Positions 20,804 through 32,300 of a DNA stretch of 64,000 nt are shown piece after piece (within the stretch, counting starts at the first letter, position 1; each line of letters begins with the position of its first letter). Position numbers and translations under genes: made by a program. The stretch spans positions 110,541 to 174,540 of IMG/VR virus record IMGVR_UViG_3300028048_001497; one strand, given 5' to 3'. Below the pieces are notes generated by a model, which saw only the letters and a list, made by a program, of their open reading frames with translations, was not told the origin of the DNA and made no database searches. This DNA comes from a virus. Its lineage: Duplodnaviria > Caudoviricetes.

Positions 20804-22780
20804 TTGATAAAACAAAGAACATTTGAAGAAATAGAACAATCTATTAGAAATAATATTAACGATAGAGACGAAAGAGTGGATTCAAAACCAGGTACATTCG
20901 TATCTGATGTATTCGTACAACCTGAAGCAGATGAATTAGCATCTGCTTATATAGATATGAAAATTCTTGAAATAAATCAATCTATCAATACTGCATCGGG
21001 CTATAATTTAGACCGTTTAGGAATGAATTATTTTACATATCGTATGGCAGGAGAAAAAGCCCAAGCTCGTGTAAGATTTTATATTTCCAAATCGGATAAA
21101 TTGAATTTAAAAGTAGATGATTTACCAGAAGAGATATATATTCCTTTAGGATTTCAAGTAGCCACGGAAGGTTCTTTAACAACAGACCAAATTGTTTTTA
21201 CAACAACGGAATCTGCGTATATGACACAACAACAAATGTATGATAGTGCTTTAATTGATGAAGGAACTGGATATAAATATATTGAACTTCCTGTTACGTG
21301 TGAAGCAAAAGGTTCAGGTGGTAATGTAGAAGCTGGTGCCATTACCGCTATGTATGATGATACAATAGATGGTATTGTCGCAGTTAGTAATCCATTATCT
21401 GCTACAGGTGGTAAAGACACAGAATCAGATGAATCCTTAAAAGTAAGAATAATGCTTGCAGTATTGGGAGCTTCTATTTGCACAAAAAATGGTTATTTAA
21501 AATGGGCGATACAAAAAGATAATGTGAATGACGTAACAGTAATTGGTGCAGGAGATAATTTAATGTTCCGTGATGGTGGATTTATCAATGCATCAGGCTC
21601 TTATTCTTATGGCAGGGGTGGCATGGTTGATATTTGGGTTCGTGGAGAAATGCCACAACAATATGTATTGCAATACAGTATTACCGATAGTTATAAAACA
21701 GGTAAAGGTTTGTCAGGAGATTATGAAGGTATTGCTTGCCATGATATTGTTTTGCCAAACCAGCCTGTATTAAATATTGTTTCTATAAAATCACTTAATA
21801 CAGATTATGTGTTTGAAAACGCAGATAATTACGGAATAGAATATGGTTATGATAGTCATTCTATGCTAACAAGAACATATTATAAAGATATTTTGTGGGA
21901 TTTTGGAGTAACGGAATCATTTACTGATACAGATTATTATCCAATGGATGTTATTGACGAAACAGAAGTCGCTATTTTAAAGAAACAAGTAAATCAAGCA
22001 TTACTTGATTTAACTGATAAAATGGAAAATGTTAGAGAATCTTTAAATTGGTATCTCGCTGATTACGAAGATTTAAATTCTTATGATGTAACGCCAATGT
22101 TTCGTAAGGTAAGAATTAATAAAACGGTATATAAAGTGGTTGCCGTTGATAAACGATTAAACGGTAGAACTTTTATTAAGAAAAAGAATAAAATATATCT
22201 TAGAGTGTATCAAGAACCTGATTATGTATTAGTTCCTACTCCATATTCCGAAGAAGATAAATCAAAGTCTCAAATGGGTAAAGATATGGGCGGTTCTATA
22301 TATGCAACGGATTGTATTCAATGGACAAATACAGGAAAGTCTAAATTACAATCAGGAGATACATTGATTATTACATATTCAACGAATAATCTAATTCGTT
22401 TTTTACAAGATGAAATGGATGGTATGAGAATATTAACGGCTGATATATTATTACGTCAAGCAAAGCGTGTAGATGTTCAAGTATCTATGAATGTTAATAT
22501 TGATGGTACGTTTAATGCCAATATTGTTCGTAATATGGTATCTACTGCTATTAGTACATATATTAATTCTATGCAACGAATGGGTTCTAGTATTGAAGAT
22601 TCCGAGTTGGTTACACTAGCTCGTGGGTTGGAAGGTGTTACTCACATTGATATAGATAATGTTACATTATGTAAAACAGGACAAGAAGATGTAAGTGAAA
22701 TTGAATTAGAAGCAAATGAATATTTCAATTTGAAAGATTTGTTCTTGACAATAACAAGCAAAGGTTCGGTTGATTCTTAA
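20804..22780 (+). CDS. Baseplate J-like protein
   Basis: TASGYNLDRLG, GSGGNVEAGAIT, NPLSATGGKDTESDESLKVR, GGMVDIWV. Confidence 0.85.
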   Translation: MIKQRTFEEIEQSIRNNINDRDERVDSKPGTFVSDVFVQPEADELASAYIDMKILEINQSINTASGYNLDRLGMNYFTYRMAGEKAQARVRFYISKSDKLNLKVDDLPEEIYIPLGFQVATEGSLTTDQIVFTTTESAYMTQQQMYDSALIDEGTGYKYIELPVTCEAKGSGGNVEAGAITAMYDDTIDGIVAVSNPLSATGGKDTESDESLKVRIMLAVLGASICTKNGYLKWAIQKDNVNDVTVIGAGDNLMFRDGGFINASGSYSYGRGGMVDIWVRGEMPQQYVLQYSITDSYKTGKGLSGDYEGIACHDIVLPNQPVLNIVSIKSLNTDYVFENADNYGIEYGYDSHSMLTRTYYKDILWDFGVTESFTDTDYYPMDVIDETEVAILKKQVNQALLDLTDKMENVRESLNWYLADYEDLNSYDVTPMFRKVRINKTVYKVVAVDKRLNGRTFIKKKNKIYLRVYQEPDYVLVPTPYSEEDKSKSQMGKDMGGSIYATDCIQWTNTGKSKLQSGDTLIITYSTNNLIRFLQDEMDGMRILTADILLRQAKRVDVQVSMNVNIDGTFNANIVRNMVSTAISTYINSMQRMGSSIEDSELVTLARGLEGVTHIDIDNVTLCKTGQEDVSEIELEANEYFNLKDLFLTITSKGSVDS

Positions 22781-22801
22781 TTATGAAGGGTTGGGATTAT
22801 A

Positions 22802-25800
22802 TTGAAAACAGGTATTAGATTTACTTGTTTGAAAAATGGAGATAATTTATTAGGTCAGAATTGGGAATACAAAAATAAAACTGGCGTAGATGCAGTTAAA
22901 GAAAAACTCAACACTCTTTTTTATCTTACAGATGATTTAAGTGTTGACTATATTATTGATACATTACAATTAGGTAAAGGTTCTGCAAATGATTTATATT
23001 TACCGAATACAGGTATTAATGGCGATTTGTGGTCAATTACCGAAAGAATGGAACAATATGAAAAATTATCTTCACAGTATAACAAACAATTAGTTATTGA
23101 ATTAGAGTTCCCAACTTATGTAACTGAATATAATTATCAACAGTATGCTCAATATGCAGTAGATGTTATTCATAAATTTTCATTTGTCAAATATTGGCAA
23201 ATAATGACAACTCCTGAAGAAATTGATAAGGCAACAAATGCGTATAAATGTCCACCTGGTGTATATGTGCAATTGATAAAATATATTTATGAGATTGTAC
23301 ATACAAATGACCCAACAATGCATATTGGTGGCCCAGGTTGTTTTAGTGCAGTTGTTGACTATATAAATAGTGCTTATAAAAATGCAGATAAGCAAGTGTT
23401 CCATACAGGATGGCTTGCAGAAGCAACAGGTGAATTATATGGTACAAATCCTGCTTATGATAATACAGAAAAAGCAGGTTTCTTACCTTACATAGATTTC
23501 TTTGCTTTTCAGGGAGATATGAGTACAGGTAAGTTTACCTATGAAAATTTTTATTTTGATGTACAGAAATTAAAAACAGGATTAGTTGCACAGGCAAATC
23601 GTTCAGGTATTACTTTTGATGTTCCATTTGTTTCAACAAAACAAGGTCATATGGCAGATGATAAATCAAAACAAGACCTTGAATTACAGGCTTATCGTGA
23701 TTTAAAAGAGTATATGATTGATTTCGTATCGGATGTTGTACCTTTTAAAGCACAATTAATTGATGAATATTTCGATGAAAAAGATAAGAATACACAAAAA
23801 AATGTATATGGCATTTTATATTATTATGTAAATAATGCTTATAAACCTGCGTATCAACAATTTCAATTTATTTTAAATAAATTAAAAGATTATCATACAA
23901 TTTTAAAAGATGAAATAATGATAAAAGCAAAACGCCCTTATGATGATTTAGAGGGTGATGTGCAGAGTGTTATGTTCTTGAATGATAATAAGGATAAAGT
24001 ACTTACAGTAATTTATCCGACAGTAGAACGTAATGTTAATATAGGCAATACAACTTTTTCAACGGTTACATTAACACCTGCGTTAAATCGAACGGTTTAT
24101 TTACCGAATGGAAATTCTGTTAGTTTGGTAAATCCAACAGATGTTAATTTTAAAAATTACGATTTTATTGTTGTTGAAGAAAACATTGTTGTTAGTACAA
24201 TTAACAAAGAAGAACTCCAAGCGAATGTTGAACTAAAATTAAAATTTTATAATACATACATTAAACGTTTATTGAAAATGGTCCCAGATGATTATAATAA
24301 GGAAGTATATGATACAAACTTTTATAATCTGCTAAGAGCGGTTGGTATTGAATTTGGTGATATGCGATATGAAATGAAAATATTGCAAGATAACTATTAT
24401 TTGTCTACTGCTCATGGGGATGCCATTTATAATAATTTTGGTGCATTAATCGGTGTTCGTTGGAAGAAAAAATGGTCAGAAGAACAATATAGAACTGCTG
24501 TATCAGGTATTATAGATGCTTTGTTGCATGGTTCAAATAAACCATCTATCCAAAAAGCAATTAAGGCTTATACAGGATATGATGTAAAAATTTATGAATT
24601 GTTCGAGGATTATGACCATTATGGTATTCCAAAAGAAGAAAATTGGGATAATCAATATCGTTTTACGGTTGAAGTACAAAAAGATATTGATGATGATTTA
24701 GATGTTTCCGATGCATATGATGATGTTAAAGAAGTATTAGATTTAACAAAACCCGCTCATACATTACCAATTATTATGATTGTCTTAGTTGGTAAAGAAG
24801 ATTATAGAGATTGGTATAAACAAAAATATGGCATAGATTTTAGTCAATCAGATAAATTCAATAGTGAATTGATGAAATTCAATGAAAGTAATCGTTTTGG
24901 TTGGAAGTCTTTAGGTTATGATTGGGTATTAGAACATGATAGTTCTAATTTCAAAAAAGTAAATGGTGTATTCCCGATTGCTCCTAGATATACCATGTAT
25001 GATAGGTATAAATTAGATTATACACAATGGTATAAACAAAAATATAAAAAACCTGTAGATATATTAGATGCAGAATTAATTTCATGGTATCAAGATAAAT
25101 ATGATAGAAAAACATTAGATACTATGAAATCTCTAATTGAATTAGAATTTTCTGAAGCTAAATTCGGTATAAAACCAACGGCAACAGAATGGATATTAAA
25201 AACAAATGGTGGATTTTTATATGATGATAAAGGACATATCATTGGTTCAGAATATCGTAAAACCATGTCACATAGATATGGATTTAAATTTGCATTAAAA
25301 GATGATATGTGGCTATTATATGAGTATTTTGGAAAAGAAAAATATAAAGAAGTTAAAGAGACACAATTGTTCGCAGAATTAACAATTCATTTAAAAGAAA
25401 AGTATGCGAAACCTATAGAACAATATAACGCTCATTTGGAATCATCATATCAAGAATTAAAATTCGGATTAGTACCGAATTATAATAAAACTGCTATGAC
25501 TTATCAAAAAAATCCACGAAATAGATTGAATCGGTTGGTTGACCATAGCAGATATGCGGTAAAAAATCGCTTATATGATGGAGATATTTCAGAATCCCTG
25601 ACATTTAATGAAAATGTAAAAAATCCAAGTAGTAATTTAATAATTACAAATAGTAAAAAATTTAAGGAAAAAATAAATAAGCCAACAGATAGTTTTTTTA
25701 CTGTAAATCAAGAGCATACATATTCTGAAAATAAATTTAAATCTCCGACAGAAAGTGCAACGATTGAAATGTTCAAATTTGTATCTGGTGTAAAAACAAT

Positions 25801-25822
25801 AATTAGAACAGAAAGTGTGTGA
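22802..25822 (+). CDS. Glycoside-hydrolase-fold domain fused to baseplate gpI-like domain
   Basis: N-half resembles a clan-A TIM barrel (VKYWQI, HIGGPG, YIDFFAF); middle resembles gpI (LSTAHGDAIYNNFG, EEQYR, LTKPAHT); follows J. Confidence 0.55.
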   Translation: MKTGIRFTCLKNGDNLLGQNWEYKNKTGVDAVKEKLNTLFYLTDDLSVDYIIDTLQLGKGSANDLYLPNTGINGDLWSITERMEQYEKLSSQYNKQLVIELEFPTYVTEYNYQQYAQYAVDVIHKFSFVKYWQIMTTPEEIDKATNAYKCPPGVYVQLIKYIYEIVHTNDPTMHIGGPGCFSAVVDYINSAYKNADKQVFHTGWLAEATGELYGTNPAYDNTEKAGFLPYIDFFAFQGDMSTGKFTYENFYFDVQKLKTGLVAQANRSGITFDVPFVSTKQGHMADDKSKQDLELQAYRDLKEYMIDFVSDVVPFKAQLIDEYFDEKDKNTQKNVYGILYYYVNNAYKPAYQQFQFILNKLKDYHTILKDEIMIKAKRPYDDLEGDVQSVMFLNDNKDKVLTVIYPTVERNVNIGNTTFSTVTLTPALNRTVYLPNGNSVSLVNPTDVNFKNYDFIVVEENIVVSTINKEELQANVELKLKFYNTYIKRLLKMVPDDYNKEVYDTNFYNLLRAVGIEFGDMRYEMKILQDNYYLSTAHGDAIYNNFGALIGVRWKKKWSEEQYRTAVSGIIDALLHGSNKPSIQKAIKAYTGYDVKIYELFEDYDHYGIPKEENWDNQYRFTVEVQKDIDDDLDVSDAYDDVKEVLDLTKPAHTLPIIMIVLVGKEDYRDWYKQKYGIDFSQSDKFNSELMKFNESNRFGWKSLGYDWVLEHDSSNFKKVNGVFPIAPRYTMYDRYKLDYTQWYKQKYKKPVDILDAELISWYQDKYDRKTLDTMKSLIELEFSEAKFGIKPTATEWILKTNGGFLYDDKGHIIGSEYRKTMSHRYGFKFALKDDMWLLYEYFGKEKYKEVKETQLFAELTIHLKEKYAKPIEQYNAHLESSYQELKFGLVPNYNKTAMTYQKNPRNRLNRLVDHSRYAVKNRLYDGDISESLTFNENVKNPSSNLIITNSKKFKEKINKPTDSFFTVNQEHTYSENKFKSPTESATIEMFKFVSGVKTIIRTESV

Positions 25823-26489
25823 TTATAGAATGTACATTTTATTTGACATGGGTCAAGATTATGCCAGTTCGTATTCTTCGGAAATAAAACCATTTACAAC
25901 AGGAATTAAAATAGATGATATATCAGGTTTAACAAAAGAAATTGAGAAAACAAAATATATTAATAAAACAAAAAACGGAAAACAATTATATGTTGATAAA
26001 TTTGGTATGCCAACAACGGATAGTAGAGACGCAGAACCAATGCAAGAAAAAGTTGTTGCGAAGGAAACAATAGATTTTGCACATTATCCGAACGAATTTA
26101 ATAAAATAGATGTAATGAAATATAAACAAAAATTCTTGATGGAAGAAAATAAAGCAGATAAAGTTTTGATGTATGAATTTGATATTTACAAATTTATTGA
26201 TAAAGAAAAATCAGAAAACATACAACTTCTTCAAGACGATGTGGAATTATTTCAAAAAGGTTTTTTAAAAACAAATCCAATTTCTGTAGATGGATATAAA
26301 ACATTTTCTATATTAGTCGATTCAGAAGATAAAGTAGAAAGTTATTATTCTTATGACGGAGAAAATTATGTAAAAGCGAAGAAATCAAATCCTATTGTGG
26401 ATAATGTGAAAGAAATCTATATTGGATTTAAAAATAAATTAGAAAGTGACAATATGGTATATGGCTACCAAATTTTATTGAAGTGTTAA
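25815..26489 (+). CDS. Hypothetical protein
   Basis: 224-aa operonic ORF. Confidence 0.6.
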   Translation: MCDYRMYILFDMGQDYASSYSSEIKPFTTGIKIDDISGLTKEIEKTKYINKTKNGKQLYVDKFGMPTTDSRDAEPMQEKVVAKETIDFAHYPNEFNKIDVMKYKQKFLMEENKADKVLMYEFDIYKFIDKEKSENIQLLQDDVELFQKGFLKTNPISVDGYKTFSILVDSEDKVESYYSYDGENYVKAKKSNPIVDNVKEIYIGFKNKLESDNMVYGYQILLKC

Positions 26490-26556
26490 GCTATATTCCG
26501 TATAGTTTAAGTTATTATTTATTTAGAGAAATAAAACGAAAGGAATTGGTAGTTGT

Positions 26557-28545
26557 ATGGCAAACGGTCCTTTAGCAGATTATAATCCAACATTTGCGCA
26601 ACCAATAAAAGGTTCATATCAAGATGATACACATTTTGTTGCATTAAATGTTGGAACAGATGCGTATGTTACAGAACGCGAAGTAAATGAACTACAATGG
26701 ATTCAAACAGAAAAAACTGCCGAGGCATTAAGACAAATTGCTTATAGTGGCGTACTTACAATAGATGATGAAAGTAATTTAAAGAAATGTTTTAAAATTG
26801 TTAATAATGATAAAAATCATTTAAATGGATTTGAATTACCTCCATTTGATACCATTTGTAATGGTTATTTAACACATCACGAATATTATGACGGAACAGG
26901 TAAAAAGAATATTCCTATTCGTTTACCTAATCCACCAATTACAGGATTTAGACACGATTTTGTTTATATTGAATTTTGGTTCGCAGAATTAAAAGAAAAT
27001 GATAAAGTACCTAAATTTGGATATAACATGAATAATCCAATGAAGTACAATATTATTGATGAACGTATTCAAGATGAAACGTCTCGCCGTATTCAGTTAC
27101 AATGGACAATTTCACACTATGAAGATTACGATGATTTGTGCGATAAAGGATTTATTAAACCAAATGGTCAACCAAATGAGAAAATTCATCCATTAGCACA
27201 GACAGGTTATTTAGATATGACATCTTATTATAAACCTGTTGATTATGACCCATATTTATATCGTGCGGGTAATGGATTATCTGCAAATCAGAAAATCCAT
27301 ACAGTAGATGGATATATTTACGCCATTCCATTGTTTAATATTTTTAGACGTAATAATGATACATATTCTGCTGCGGTAAATCCTTATGGTGGCCCAGATT
27401 ATGTAGCAGGTAAAACAATAGCAAATAATCGTCCTGATAAAAAATATTCTAATATTATTTATACAGATGATATAAAAGATTTACGTCATTTATCTCCAAT
27501 GAGTGAAAAACAATATAATAAGATTTATATTACACTTACAGAGCATTACAATAATATGACAATTTTACGTAACAAACTCTTGAATATGACAGAACAGTAT
27601 GTCAATGAAAGAGATATGTTACGTAATTATGACATTGATTTACCTTCTATTCATGATAAAGAAATTTATGGATTAGAAATGTATCATCAATGGGGATTAA
27701 CAAATGGTGCAGGATTTGACCCATTAGACCAAGATAGAAAAATTGTTTATAAAAAGCACGTTAAATATTATGTAGGTCAAAGATTGAAAGGCAAGAATTA
27801 TTGTGTTCTTCCTACATTGATTGATTATGATGCCGAAGATGCAGGTTCATTAGGTGATTATTATATTCAAAAAACATCTAATAAATTTAGATTTTATAAT
27901 ACAGGTGCTAAAAACTTGCGCATGAATTTTGAAGCCCTTTTTGTTGATAATGATATGGTTAGAAGTGGCGTGGCAGAATTTAGCGGTATGGATGGCACTC
28001 CTATTAATATGCCATTTAAATTAGACCCTGATAGATATTTTGTGCAGATTACACCAATAGATAATACTAATGGTAGAAATGGTGAAATTTTTGTTAAATT
28101 TGTTGAAAAGCAGATTTATGTATATAATACAGGGTTGACCACTAGCACAATAACAGGTTCAGTTACTTTTACAACAGGAAATAAATTCCAATGGGTAGTA
28201 ATTGATATGCAACATAAAGGTTGGAAGAACATAGATAGAGTTTTGATTAACCTAAATGGACATGATGGTGTTCAGGTCGCTTCTAATGAATATGGAGAAA
28301 AATATCGCTTAACATTAGGCACTCCAATTATTGATTCATCTATGTCAATTGAACAAGGTTCTATTGGTGAAACATTTGCAGATGTAGATGAAGATAATTT
28401 GTTTACTGTATATAATACAGGTACAACAGGCGCGCAAGTACAATGTTTAATCTTTGATGATGTAGAATATGTTGACTTTTATGATACAATAAAAGTAACA
28501 CAAGTTGTTGATGCAGACGATATTAGAAACATTGTTACAAAATAA
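26557..28545 (+). CDS. Baseplate/tail-fibre protein, N-terminal domain paralogous to 29346..32981
   Basis: Shared motifs E.NE.Q.IQ, VY.E.WF, DET.RR, YIYA.P.F...RRN; repeated YNTG modules in the C-terminal part. Confidence 0.6.
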   Translation: MANGPLADYNPTFAQPIKGSYQDDTHFVALNVGTDAYVTEREVNELQWIQTEKTAEALRQIAYSGVLTIDDESNLKKCFKIVNNDKNHLNGFELPPFDTICNGYLTHHEYYDGTGKKNIPIRLPNPPITGFRHDFVYIEFWFAELKENDKVPKFGYNMNNPMKYNIIDERIQDETSRRIQLQWTISHYEDYDDLCDKGFIKPNGQPNEKIHPLAQTGYLDMTSYYKPVDYDPYLYRAGNGLSANQKIHTVDGYIYAIPLFNIFRRNNDTYSAAVNPYGGPDYVAGKTIANNRPDKKYSNIIYTDDIKDLRHLSPMSEKQYNKIYITLTEHYNNMTILRNKLLNMTEQYVNERDMLRNYDIDLPSIHDKEIYGLEMYHQWGLTNGAGFDPLDQDRKIVYKKHVKYYVGQRLKGKNYCVLPTLIDYDAEDAGSLGDYYIQKTSNKFRFYNTGAKNLRMNFEALFVDNDMVRSGVAEFSGMDGTPINMPFKLDPDRYFVQITPIDNTNGRNGEIFVKFVEKQIYVYNTGLTTSTITGSVTFTTGNKFQWVVIDMQHKGWKNIDRVLINLNGHDGVQVASNEYGEKYRLTLGTPIIDSSMSIEQGSIGETFADVDEDNLFTVYNTGTTGAQVQCLIFDDVEYVDFYDTIKVTQVVDADDIRNIVTK

Positions 28546-28560
28546 AAGGAGAATATAATA

Positions 28561-29211
28561 ATGAATCTTAATGAATTATATAGAAAGCCAATTAAAGGAC
28601 AAATCAAGATGATTGCTCATAAGGGTGGTCATTTTGAACACGGTAAATTAGTTGGTGGAGAAATTGTTGATACAGAAACAATTCAGAATTTAATTGTTAA
28701 TAGTGCTTCTGTTTTGATGGCAGAAAGAATGGCTCCAGGTGCTATTACAGGCAGTAACAATCCTGCTTTCCAAGGTAACTTTGCTACAAAAGGTTTGCAG
28801 TATCTTGCTCTAGGCGTTGGTATTCTTAAAGATAGAACTAAACCTTATGATGAAAAGACAAACAATGTAGATAGAAATCAATGGGATTTACAAGACCCGC
28901 CAACAGAAACATTAACAGAAACTAAACTTGTTGGTGAATTTTATCGTAAGCGTTTTACAAACTGGTGTTTTGTTGATTTAGCAGGAAATGAAACAAATAA
29001 AGCTACAAATATTCTTAAATTGACAACTACATTCTTAGAGAATGAAGCAAATGGTCCTATCACAGAAATGGGTATTTATGGTGGAGACGCGCAAGAATGG
29101 AACGCTGGTAAAGGAAAAGATACAGGTATTCTTTTCAATCTAAAGAGACTGAAAGTATGGAATAAAACTAGTGAAAGTCGGCTCACAATAGTATGGACTA
29201 TAACGTTCTAA
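28561..29211 (+). CDS. Baseplate/tail-collar fibre attachment protein
   Basis: NLIVN, YLALGVG, EANGPITEMGIYGG, LTIVWTITF motifs typical of myophage baseplate proteins. Confidence 0.65.
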   Translation: MNLNELYRKPIKGQIKMIAHKGGHFEHGKLVGGEIVDTETIQNLIVNSASVLMAERMAPGAITGSNNPAFQGNFATKGLQYLALGVGILKDRTKPYDEKTNNVDRNQWDLQDPPTETLTETKLVGEFYRKRFTNWCFVDLAGNETNKATNILKLTTTFLENEANGPITEMGIYGGDAQEWNAGKGKDTGILFNLKRLKVWNKTSESRLTIVWTITF

Positions 29212-29226
29212 TACAAAACAATATAC

Positions 29227-29260
29227 AAAAAAGAGAGAATAACAAATTCTCTCTTTTTTT
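29227..29260 (+). terminator. Intrinsic terminator
   Basis: aaaagagagaat/attctctctttt plus T tract. Confidence 0.7.
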
Positions 29261-29345
29261 AATTTTTTTGTTTTGCGATAAAAGAATTGTATATATCTAT
29301 TTAAATATTAGATGATAAAATTTTTCTAAAAGGAGAGGAAATACT

Positions 29346-32300
29346 TTGGAAAATTTCGAGAAGTTCTCCAATTACGATAAACGTTCAAGTTATCAACAAG
29401 TTCGTTTTGGACATGATAAACCAATTCTTGAAACAGAACTCAATGAAATGCAACAAATCCAAGATAATATGCGTACAGAAGTCGTTCGTAGACATATTTT
29501 TAGTGGATTTACAGAATTGGTAAAAAAAGAATTTACAGGCGAACCGATTATATATAATCCAACAGAAAATGGTTTAACATTAGAGAATAAAATAGCTATT
29601 GCTCCATTTAAAGCCAATATACTAGGATATACTTTAAATGGTGAAGGTAATTTTACTTATGATAAGCATGACAATTATATTCTAGTGGATTTAGGTGAAT
29701 CAGCTAAAGATAGTGAAAAGGATTCATTAGTATATCTTGAAGTATGGTTTGAAGTCGTAAAAGGAACAGACTCTGCATTAAAATACGGTTATATTAACGG
29801 AGATACAATTGGAACTCCCGCAAAAGATAGTCGTGTTGGTGATGAAACTACACGCAGACTTTCTATGCTTTGGACGGTACGTGTAGCGAATGAAGTAGAT
29901 TTTGATAAATATCCAGAAGGTTTAGGATATACAGATATATTTAATTTTTCTCACGTATTTGCAAAAGCGAATGGACAATTAAGCAAATTAGAAAATGTCA
30001 ATATATCTTTCTGCGAAGCAACAAATGATATTTTTAGAAATGAAGATTTTCATAATGATAAAAATTTGTATGTAGCAGGTAGACCAACATATGAAATAAA
30101 TTCTTCTACACTATATGGTAAATATATTTATGCGTTACCAATGTTCCGTATTAGAAGAAGAAATACAACATCATATTCTTTACGTAATTTTAATGGTTCT
30201 GTTTCTTATAATCAAATGGTAGTTAATAATAATAGTGCAGTAACAGGCGATTTGTTAGCAGGATATAGACCTGATAGACTAGCTTATGATGTTATTGATA
30301 CATCAGATATTGTTGATATAAGAAAATCTGTTAGCTATTCAGATTATAATGAGAATAGTATGGCAGATAATACAATTAAACAATTGTTTGATAGCACTTT
30401 ACAAACAAAAGAACCAAAGAAAATGCGCCGTGTACAAATTGGTAATAAAACATTACCATATAATGATGTAGAAAATGTAAGTTTCGTTGTTTTATTTGAT
30501 AAAACATTAAAAGATATAAAACCGCAAAACTCTTTAGCTACGGATAATACTTCTATTCGTTATGAAGATTCTGTTTGCAATATGGGTGCAGTTATAGATG
30601 GTTCTAATTATGTGCTATATGATATACAAAATTCGTTGAATCAGAAAAACGGGACATTAGATTTTTATTTTAAACCAAATTGGAACGGTTGTGACGAAGA
30701 AGTATATAATCAGATTGTTTGTATAAAAAATTCTAGCCAACAACCAATTATGCTATTAGAGAAAAAAGGCTTACAATTACTTTTAACAAAGGTATATGAT
30801 TATGATGCAACGAAAAAAGTGGTAAAAGATGGTGCTACGGCAATCGTTGATTTGTCTAATACTTTGTTAAAGCAAAACCAAAATTATCATTTCCGTATTT
30901 CATGGACAGATAAAGCCATGCCTATTAATGGTATGATGTATTTGTATATCAATGGTAGATTGGTAGCGAAAGTAGAAACATACAAGACAAAAGATGTAGC
31001 GAAATGGTTAATCATTGGTGGAGAAAAAAATTCTGCTAGAGGATTTGTTATAAGTGATTTGATTGGCTATAAAAAGAATTTTGAAATATTAGTTATGCAA
31101 GGTTCTTCTTATGGATATGCTAAAAACAATTTCTGGCCTATGTTACCAAAAGATTTTGTTTATGGCGATACCTTGTTATTACCTGGTTTTAATGGTTTAA
31201 CAACAAATTTTGGTGATAATGCTTATACACAGAGACAAGTAACAATGGAATTATCTCCTAGTGCTAATTTAACCAATGGTAAGCATTTTAAATTCCATGT
31301 ATCTTCTGATAAACGTATTCTTAGCATAGATAAAGTTTACAATTATGAAAATGAAAAACTTTATACTTATCAAACGAATTATACTGTATTTATTAATGGT
31401 ATTGCTACAAATAATCAAGCGGGGCAAACAATTTATTATGGAAATGATGTAGATATAGTATTCCAAACGGCTTATGCGTCTGTAAACAAAATTGTTGTTG
31501 AAGCTACAATACAGTTAAACACAGGTTGTGGCGGTCAAGATTGCCCGACAGAAATTTTAAGCGCAGGATTTATGGCTTATGATGATGAAGCAGACAATTT
31601 TGATTATAAATTAAATTGTATTAATGAAGTATCATTTAATGCAGAAGGAGCTATGCCTAGACAAGTTCCGTGGTTGAAGCCTAGAAAAGTTAATGGTGAA
31701 GAAGATAAAGCGTATGATATTTCTAATAAAGTTAGAACGGAAAATCAATGCTATGCTAGATTGATATATTATAATATGTCAGGTAATGGTACAACTGAAT
31801 ATCAGATTCCAATGTCTGTTTATGGATATGATGTAATTGGCGTTATCGGTTGTAGTTCTATTGGTTCAATAGATTATGTATACAGAACGCCGTCTAGTAT
31901 TCCTGATGAACCGGAAAAATATATTACAGTTGTTCTGAAAAAAGCATTGTTGGTTGGTGAAACAATTACATTTACCTTGGCTATGGCAGGATATTCCTTT
32001 GATTATGATTTAAATTCAAAAACTATTTGTACGAATATGTATCAATGCAAGAATTTGGTATTCTTTGCAGATGGTAAAAAGTCTGTATTTACGAAACCAT
32101 GTATGTCAAACACGAATGAAGTTATGCACGGTGGAATTTTGAAATCTGTATTTTCTGTATTGGAATTAAAATCAGATGGAACAACAAAAAATGTATATCA
32201 ATGTTATGAAGATAGTCAAGTGTTCTATGATGAAGATGGTGAACCAACAGACAAAAAGCGTTTGAATACACACACTATTTCTGTTTCAGGTTTCAATACA

